From positions 13,328 to 77,327 of the forward strand of contig CAZQVF010000005.1 in NCBI GenBank assembly GCA_964596735.1: a stretch of DNA of 64,000 nt, read 5' to 3'. Under the pieces are notes generated by a model that had not been told where the DNA came from, searched no databases, and saw only the letters and a program-made list of their open reading frames with translations. Below, one piece after another: positions 17,421 to 22,535 of this stretch. Position numbers and translations under genes: made by a program. This stretch comes from an uncultured Gammaproteobacteria bacterium (lineage in GTDB: Bacteria > Patescibacteriota > Patescibacteriia > UBA2591 > UBA6264). Every line of letters starts with the position of its first letter. Positions within the stretch are counted from its first letter, which is position 1.

Positions 17421-17464
17421 AGATTAGAAAAAGCTCGTCAAGTTATCTTATTTTGTAATAATAT

Positions 17465-18442
17465 TTATTCTACTAAACCTACTTTCTTTCTAAATTTATA
17501 CGTATTTCCGTGAATCAATAGTCCTTGATAAGAAATAACTGTCTGTCGTTTTGGATAATTCTTTAATCTTCTAATTATCTTTCGCTTTGTGGTTGTTCGA
17601 ATCTGTCGATAGCATGGAAAATGTATCCAGCCCAAAAAATCTAAACCCGAAGCATAAGTTCTAATACAAACCTTGTGTTGATGAAGTGTCAATTTAAGTT
17701 CTTTTTGTAAAAATTCAGTGATTCTTAACAATAAACCATTGAGATACTCTTTATTGTCCGATAAAATAACGAAATCGTCGCCATATCTAATATAATATTT
17801 CACTCGCAATTCCTGTTTTATATACATATCAAATTCGTGCATATAAACATTAACGAAAAGTTGGGAAGTGAGGTTGCCAAGGGGCAGACCTATCCCCAAA
17901 CGGCTGGAATAAAAACTAAAAACTACCCTTTCAATCAACCGAATAATTTGAGAATCGTTAATGTGTCTCTTTAATATTTTAATAAGGATTTGCTGATCAA
18001 TGTTAGCAAAAAATTTCTGAATATCGCATTTTAGAATATAACAAGTTTGAGAATTATTTTTTGATACCTTCTGGGCAAAATATCTGAATCTGTTCAAAGC
18101 GCGATGCACTCCCTTGTTTTCTCTACACGAATATACATCATAAATAAACTTTCTATCAAAATAAGGACACAGCTCCTTATAAATGAGATGATGTAATAAC
18201 CGATCACGCACCGTAGCTTTGTGAATATTTCTCGGCTTGGGGTCAGAAATATTAAAAGCCGAATATGGTCCGTGAATATAAGTAAAATTAACCAGAGACT
18301 TATAAAGATCTATTAAATTATCGGCCAGCTTTATTTGAAAAATCATCACATCTTTTTTATGTCTTTTACCACACAAAAAACGCTCCCAAGTCGCTAAGAG
18401 ATTTTCTATCTTAATAATATCAATATATTTAACTTTAAACAT
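17465..18442 (-). CDS. DGR-type reverse transcriptase
   Basis: RT motifs: PRNIHKATVRDRLLHH, ILKCDIQKFFANID, IGLPLGNLTSQLFVNVYM (DGR-typical LGxxxSQ), IRYGDDFVIL (YxDD) and LDFLGW. Start taken at MFKVKYIDI (18442). The ORF could extend to 18511. Confidence 0.9.
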   Translation of the reverse strand: MFKVKYIDIIKIENLLATWERFLCGKRHKKDVMIFQIKLADNLIDLYKSLVNFTYIHGPYSAFNISDPKPRNIHKATVRDRLLHHLIYKELCPYFDRKFIYDVYSCRENKGVHRALNRFRYFAQKVSKNNSQTCYILKCDIQKFFANIDQQILIKILKRHINDSQIIRLIERVVFSFYSSRLGIGLPLGNLTSQLFVNVYMHEFDMYIKQELRVKYYIRYGDDFVILSDNKEYLNGLLLRITEFLQKELKLTLHQHKVCIRTYASGLDFLGWIHFPCYRQIRTTTKRKIIRRLKNYPKRQTVISYQGLLIHGNTYKFRKKVGLVE

Positions 18443-18820
18443 ATGACTACAATATCTGCGCGAGTACCATTGGTGCTTGTTAGAACAAAAAGGGCTTATC
18501 AAATTTGGCACAAAAATTTAGTCAATCTTAATCGACTTGATCGCTATACTATTGGTGCTAAAATCGATGAATATTTTCTATCTTTATTGGAATTAATTTT
18601 TAAGGCCTGTTTTGCTTACGATAAATTTGAAAAACTCTCAATGGTATCACAAGCGATTGGTAAAAACGATTTATTAAAATTCTTTTTACAGATTGGTTGG
18701 GAACAAAAAACCATTAACCATAAAAATTATGGTCTTCTAATACTTTTACTTGATGAAGTTGGTCGAATGCTGGGTGGCTGGAAAAAAAATATACAAGAAA
18801 AAACTCCCGCTAGTAAGTAG
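18443..18820 (+). CDS. avd: Avd-like four-helix-bundle accessory protein, on the strand opposite to RT/TR/VR
   Basis: 125-aa helical protein: RAYQIWHKNLVNLNRLDRYTIGAKIDEYFLSLLELIF...LLKFFLQIGWEQK...LLDEVGRMLGGWKK. It resembles the four-helix-bundle family that includes DGR Avd. Its ATG abuts the RT start (cat|atg at 18440-18445). Confidence 0.75.
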   Translation: MTTISARVPLVLVRTKRAYQIWHKNLVNLNRLDRYTIGAKIDEYFLSLLELIFKACFAYDKFEKLSMVSQAIGKNDLLKFFLQIGWEQKTINHKNYGLLILLLDEVGRMLGGWKKNIQEKTPASK

Positions 18821-18840
18821 CAGGAGAAAAAATTAAATAA

Positions 18841-18960
18841 GTCACAGAAGCAGAGCAGGCAGTCGTTATCATCCCAAGCGTTCTCAAAGTTGCCGAGGTT
18901 GAAATTAAAGTCATCATCCGAGTTGCGGTTGACATTCGGCACGCGGTAGTTGCCGTCAGA
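18841..18960 (-). repeat. DGR template repeat (TR)
   Basis: 120 bp homologous to 19299-19418. Minus-sense reading is rich in AAY codons: SDGNYRVPNVNRNSDDDFNFNLGNFENAWDDNDCLLCFCD. Contains 28 adenines in the minus sense. Confidence 0.9.
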
Positions 18961-19200
18961 CAATGTACAGCCCGCCACCTTTTTCACTAAGGGTAACGCC
19001 AGTCGCCCTCTGTATTTTATTCTGAGCCAAAATGCTCAATAGCACGCTGCACCGACTGATTTAATTTTTTCATAAAAGGTTGCACTCATTTACTAAGCAT
19101 GCCCAGTAAATTCCTGGCAAACTCCCTTTACGAGAATTCGATGATATAAAGCCATGGCCACATATCCAATCTATTATCCAAAAATATTATACAGAAAAAA

Positions 19201-19238
19201 TACATAAAAGAAAAGGGTCCTTACATTGGTAAGAACCC
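19201..19238 (-). terminator. Rho-independent terminator of the DGR target gene
   Basis: Minus-strand reading: gggttcttac-caat-gtaaggaccc followed by ttttctttt. It lies between VR and TR. Confidence 0.6.
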
Positions 19239-19289
19239 AAAGGGTCAAAAAATCCAAAGAACAGGACTAAGAAACCAAGTGCCTAAGCA

Positions 19290-19949
19290 CTAATCGCAGT
19301 CGCAGAAGCAGAGCAGGCAGTCGCTATCATCCCAAGCGTCCTCAAAGGGGCCGAGGAAGAAAATAAAGTCACCAACCGAGTAGCGGTCGACAGACGGCAC
19401 GCGGTAGCTGCCGTCAGAATCGATCCAGAGAGCCTCTTTCTCATCAAACGAGACAGACCAACGGCTCTTTGGCAACTTGTTTTTGGCAAGTTCATAGACC
19501 AGTGAAGCGCCTTGAGCGCCGGCTAAAACAGCTTTCTGAGAATACAGGAAATTTAAACAGTCTTCCGAAGTCACAGTTTCTGTGATATTAAAAACCTTTA
19601 CCTTGAACTTTCTGCCAGGCACGAGCTTTGTTGTCGCTTTGTTAAAGTGCTTATCAGTGATGTCGGAATTGTAGTAATTAAATTCCGAGCCATGCGCTGC
19701 TGCAAAGTCAGTCAAGCGCGTAGCATGGTCGTAACCCTTAGGCACAACAATGTTAAACGCATTGGCCAATTTGAAGCGCGGGTCAGGCATAAACGGTGAA
19801 AGAGCTTGCTGACGTTGTTTCTGTGTCAGATTTAAAAAACATTCATATTCTGGCAAACTCATTTGCCCTTTCTTGATCTTCTGATTGCAATCCATATGCA
19901 GACCAGCCAATTTGGCCGCTTCTGCGCCGATAGATGTCTTATCCATCAT
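19290..19949 (-). CDS. DGR variable (target) protein, unknown family, C-terminal VR
   Basis: ORF ends ...WIDSDGSYRVPSVDRYSVGDFIFFLGPFEDAWDDSDCLLCFCDCD*, with the VR covering the last 40 full codons before CD*. Start at ATG 19949 is preceded by AAGGAG; the ORF track start at 19997 is the alternative. No N-terminal hydrophobic signal is seen. Confidence 0.85.
   Translation of the reverse strand: MMDKTSIGAEAAKLAGLHMDCNQKIKKGQMSLPEYECFLNLTQKQRQQALSPFMPDPRFKLANAFNIVVPKGYDHATRLTDFAAAHGSEFNYYNSDITDKHFNKATTKLVPGRKFKVKVFNITETVTSEDCLNFLYSQKAVLAGAQGASLVYELAKNKLPKSRWSVSFDEKEALWIDSDGSYRVPSVDRYSVGDFIFFLGPFEDAWDDSDCLLCFCDCD
19299..19418 (-). repeat. DGR variable repeat (VR)
   Basis: Base-by-base alignment to the TR gives 15 mismatches. 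14 fall at TR adenines (minus sense) and 1 is a T>C in the invariant GC-rich 3' end. Confidence 0.9.
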
Positions 19950-20015
19950 TTTCTCCTTTGATACCAAGAGTTTAATAATTGACCCCATGCCAATCATTTT
20001 CTCAGTATTGATAAT

Positions 20016-20044
20016 ATTATGTCATATTTTAGCCTTTTTGTCAA
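20016..20044 (-). promoter_or_regulatory. Candidate sigma70-type promoter of the DGR target gene
   Basis: Minus-strand reading: TTGACA (20044-20039), 17 nt, CATAAT (20021-20016). It sits about 65 nt upstream of the ATG. Confidence 0.5.
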
Positions 20045-20092
20045 CACTCCTATTCCAAAAGACTTAAAATTTATATTAATCTAAAATAAAAA

Positions 20093-20160
20093 CACCGCCG
20101 AGGAGAATCGAACTCCTGAGACGGATTTGCCTTTAGCGGAAAACCTGGCGTCCTACAATG
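20093..20160 (-). pseudogene. Decayed tRNA-Glu-like pseudogene (3' two-thirds)
   Basis: Minus-strand reading: aggac-g-ccagg-ttttc... (D-stem 3' half, anticodon-stem 5' half, and the start of a UUC-type loop, as in the intact tRNA-Glu). Disrupted sequence follows. An intact T-arm aggag-ttcgatt-ctcct and acceptor 3' strand cggcggt-g complete it. No matching 5' acceptor strand was found. Confidence 0.6.
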
Positions 20161-20176
20161 CTTAATAAATTAAAAT

Positions 20177-20198
20177 GGCCCCGAGGAGAATTGAGTGA
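20177..20198 (-). pseudogene. Second short tRNA 3'-end remnant directly after the LAGLIDADG-like ORF
   Basis: Minus-strand reading: cactcAATTCTCCTCGGggcca. It shares the 11-nt core ATTCTCCTCGG with the remnant at 20098-20108. Confidence 0.45.
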
Positions 20199-20201
20199 AA
20201 A

Positions 20202-20891
20202 TTATTTTAATCCACTTTGTAATTTTAACGCGTCAATCCATCCTTTAATTCGAAAAGCTATCTTACGACCATGTACACGTAAATCAAGTGTGCCATATGG
20301 CAAAGAATTGATTGGACGTTTTCTGTTGCTCGCTTTGCTTATTTGTTTAAAAATGCGAAAACGACTTTTAGGAATATTAGTTACTCTAGCCCAAAAATTA
20401 ATGGCAGATTGCTCGCTAATATTAGCATGTATTCTAACACATACTTTTAATTTCTCTTCAGGGACTTTAATAATTTCTCGTAAAAAGCGAAGAAACAACG
20501 CAATCATATAAGGATCAGCATTAACAAAATCAACTACATACCCTTTGTTTTTTTGAGCCTCAATTTTATATCCCTCTGCCCAATAAAGAGCATTTGCAAC
20601 TAATAATAACTCATATTTTGACAACGAATGAATTTCATTAAAAGTCTCCTTCTTTATTCTCTGATTTTCAATCCAAATAGCACGTGTCCGTTGCCGATTG
20701 TTTTCAAATAACCCATGTTCTCGAGCAATTCTCGTTTTTTTTTCTAAAAGCTTTTTTGCTGACTTTGTTAGTTTTAAGTCTCTAAACCAAACGCTAAGCG
20801 AGCCCTTGGAAACACTTAAAGTACGAGCTATTTCATTGTAACTTTTACCCTTTAACCGCAACCTGAGCGCTTTTTGATATTGTGGATGCAT
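20202..20891 (-). CDS. LAGLIDADG-like homing endonuclease with N-terminal HTH
   Basis: HTH GKSYNEIARTLSVSKGSLSVWFRDL, then LLLVANALYWAEGYK ... VDFVNADPYMIALFLRFLRE ... YGTLDLRV. Start moved to ATG 20891 because the longer ORF overlaps tRNA-Glu. Confidence 0.65.
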   Translation of the reverse strand: MHPQYQKALRLRLKGKSYNEIARTLSVSKGSLSVWFRDLKLTKSAKKLLEKKTRIAREHGLFENNRQRTRAIWIENQRIKKETFNEIHSLSKYELLLVANALYWAEGYKIEAQKNKGYVVDFVNADPYMIALFLRFLREIIKVPEEKLKVCVRIHANISEQSAINFWARVTNIPKSRFRIFKQISKASNRKRPINSLPYGTLDLRVHGRKIAFRIKGWIDALKLQSGLK

Positions 20892-20909
20892 AATAATTAA
20901 ATATATAAG

Positions 20910-20981
20910 TAGCGCCAAGGGGAATCGAACCCCTGTTACATGGTTGAAAACCATGTGTCCTGACCACTAGACGATGGCGCC
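20910..20981 (-). tRNA. tRNA-Glu (UUC)
   Basis: Manual cloverleaf: acceptor ggcgcca/tggcgct, D stem gtct/ggac, anticodon stem catgg/ccatg with loop ttTTCaa, T arm agggg-ttcgatt-cccct. Confidence 0.88.
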
Positions 20982-21053
20982 ATTATTATTTAGCGCAATC
21001 TTAGCAAAATTAAACGAATTTGTCAAAGAATTAATTTATGTTAAAATAATCTT

Positions 21054-22112
21054 ATGCTTATCTTAGGTATTGAAACATCTTGTGATGAAACAGCGGCGGC
21101 TGTTTTAGAATATAAGCCCTTAAAAAAAGAAGGTCAGTTTAAAGTTATTTCCAATGTTATTTTTTCACAAATCTCAATTCATCGTCAATACGGAGGTATT
21201 ATTCCTGAGGTAGCCGCCAGGGCTCATATTGAAAATATTTTACCAGTGATTAAAAAATCTCTTAAAAATATAGATTATAGAAAAATCGATTTAATTGCTG
21301 TTACTCAAGGGCCGGGGCTAATCACATCGTTATTAGTTGGTTTAGAAACTGCTAAATCTTTATCCTATTCTTGGAAAAAACCATTAATGGGAATTAATCA
21401 TTTACAAGGTCATTTGGCGGCTAATTTTATTGAACATGAAACAAAGAATGTTTTTCCGGCAATTAGCTTAATTGTCTCTGGTGGACATACTGAACTTGGC
21501 TTAATGAGAAAGTCTGGTCATTATAAAAAAATTGGACAAACTAGGGATGATGCCGCTGGAGAATGTTTTGATAAAATCGCTAAATTATTAAAAATCGGCT
21601 ATCCTGGAGGTCCAGTTATCTCTAAAATGGCTGAAAAAATAAACAACAAATCAAATAATATCTGCTTTCCTCGCCCCATGATCAAAACAAATGATTTTGA
21701 TTTTAGTTTCTCGGGACTAAAAACAGCTGTACTTTATTTTGTTAAAAAGAATAGAAATAAACTAGAAAAGAAAAAATTTATTCAGAACATTTGTGCTGAA
21801 TCTCAACAAGCAATTATTGACGTTTTAATTCATAAAACAATTAAAGCAAGTAAAAAATATAAAGCCAAAGCTATTTTTCTAAGTGGTGGAGTGGCCGCCA
21901 ACCAAGAACTAAGAGAACAATTGAAGCTCCATGTTTGTAGATTGCCAAATAGTGTAAAATTCTTTGTTCCATCAAGAAATCTTTGCACTGATAATGCGGT
22001 AATGATTGCTGCAGCCGCCGCCCTCAAATTCAAAAACTTAATACCAATTCAAAGGAAGAAATTAAAAAATAATTGGCAAAAAATAAAAGTAGATCCTAAC
22101 TTAGAAACATGA
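21054..22112 (+). CDS. tsaD: tRNA N6-adenosine threonylcarbamoyltransferase
   Basis: ILGIETSCDETAAAV, NHLQGHL and SGGHTEL are Kae1/TsaD motifs. Confidence 0.94.
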   Translation: MLILGIETSCDETAAAVLEYKPLKKEGQFKVISNVIFSQISIHRQYGGIIPEVAARAHIENILPVIKKSLKNIDYRKIDLIAVTQGPGLITSLLVGLETAKSLSYSWKKPLMGINHLQGHLAANFIEHETKNVFPAISLIVSGGHTELGLMRKSGHYKKIGQTRDDAAGECFDKIAKLLKIGYPGGPVISKMAEKINNKSNNICFPRPMIKTNDFDFSFSGLKTAVLYFVKKNRNKLEKKKFIQNICAESQQAIIDVLIHKTIKASKKYKAKAIFLSGGVAANQELREQLKLHVCRLPNSVKFFVPSRNLCTDNAVMIAAAAALKFKNLIPIQRKKLKNNWQKIKVDPNLET

Positions 22113-22534
22113 AAACAACTACCAAATCAGAAAAACAAACCCTTAATTTAGGTAAAAACTTTGTTTTAGAGCTTAAAGGAGGTGAAGTAATTGGTTTTAT
22201 TGGTGAATTAGGGGCCGGAAAGACTGTTTTTATCAAAGGACTGGCCCAGGGACTAAACATTAAAAACATAATTACCAGTCCTACTTTTGTTTTAATGAAA
22301 ATATATAAAGCAAAGGGGCCAATAAAAGATCTCTGTCATGTTGATGCCTATCGTTTAAAATCTGCTCAAGATCTAATTGACATTGGCATTAAAGACTATT
22401 TAAACAAAAAAGCCGCTGTTACGGTAATTGAATGGGCTGATCAAGTAAAAAATATTTTGCCAAAAAATAAAATTCTTGTTAAAATAAAAATTGGTAAAAA
22501 TCCGAACCAAAGAATTTTTGAAATTATTAAATAA
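22109..22534 (+). CDS. tsaE: tRNA threonylcarbamoyladenosine biosynthesis ATPase TsaE
   Basis: P-loop GELGAGKTVFIKGLAQGL, SPTFVLM and HVDAYRL. Confidence 0.9.
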   Translation: MKTTTKSEKQTLNLGKNFVLELKGGEVIGFIGELGAGKTVFIKGLAQGLNIKNIITSPTFVLMKIYKAKGPIKDLCHVDAYRLKSAQDLIDIGIKDYLNKKAAVTVIEWADQVKNILPKNKILVKIKIGKNPNQRIFEIIK

Positions 22535-22535
22535 T

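Larger units (their letters stand above)
17465..20044 (-). mobile_element. Diversity-generating retroelement cassette (target-VR, TR, inverted avd, RT)
   Basis: Combines the RT gene, an Avd-like gene, and a 120-bp TR/VR pair with adenine-specific mismatches (see component features). Confidence 0.9.

Noticed and set aside
17465-18511. Interpreting the RT as a retron or group II intron RT
   Set aside because: An adjacent TR/VR pair with adenine-specific mismatches, an Avd-like gene and the LGxxxSQ motif all argue for a DGR. No msr/msd-like inverted repeats or intron domain V/VI were seen.
18443-18511. N-terminal 23-aa extension of the RT ORF (MPNLISPFCSNKHQWYSRRYCSH)
   Set aside because: It overlaps avd on the opposite strand and looks non-conserved. 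MFKVKYIDI at 18442 is the more plausible start. This remains unproven.
18727-18987. 86-aa minus-strand ORF (MKKVAGCTLSDGNYRVPNVNRN...)
   Set aside because: It is the reading frame of the DGR template repeat running on into antisense avd. It has a GTG start, no RBS, and its tail is low-complexity. I treat it as TR, not as a gene.
19036-19089. Tiny minus-strand ORF in the VR-TR spacer
   Set aside because: On careful re-translation it is only 17 codons (MSATFYEKIKSVGAACY*), with no RBS or conservation signal.
19283-19495. 70-aa minus-strand ORF overlapping the VR in another frame
   Set aside because: It is an alternative frame of the G+C-rich target gene, and the in-frame target ORF explains the region.
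20093-20200. A functional tRNA on the minus strand (T-arm aggag-ttcgatt-ctcct, acceptor 3' strand cggcggt)
   Set aside because: I found no complementary 5' acceptor strand or intact anticodon stem within 90 nt, so I call it a pseudogene or remnant.
20158-20511. 117-aa plus-strand ORF
   Set aside because: It is antisense to the LAGLIDADG-like gene, overlaps the tRNA remnants, and has no recognisable features.
20892-20954. N-terminal extension of the LAGLIDADG-like ORF (MVFNHVTGVRFPLALLIYLII)
   Set aside because: It is encoded by the tRNA-Glu gene sequence itself. The start was moved to ATG 20891.
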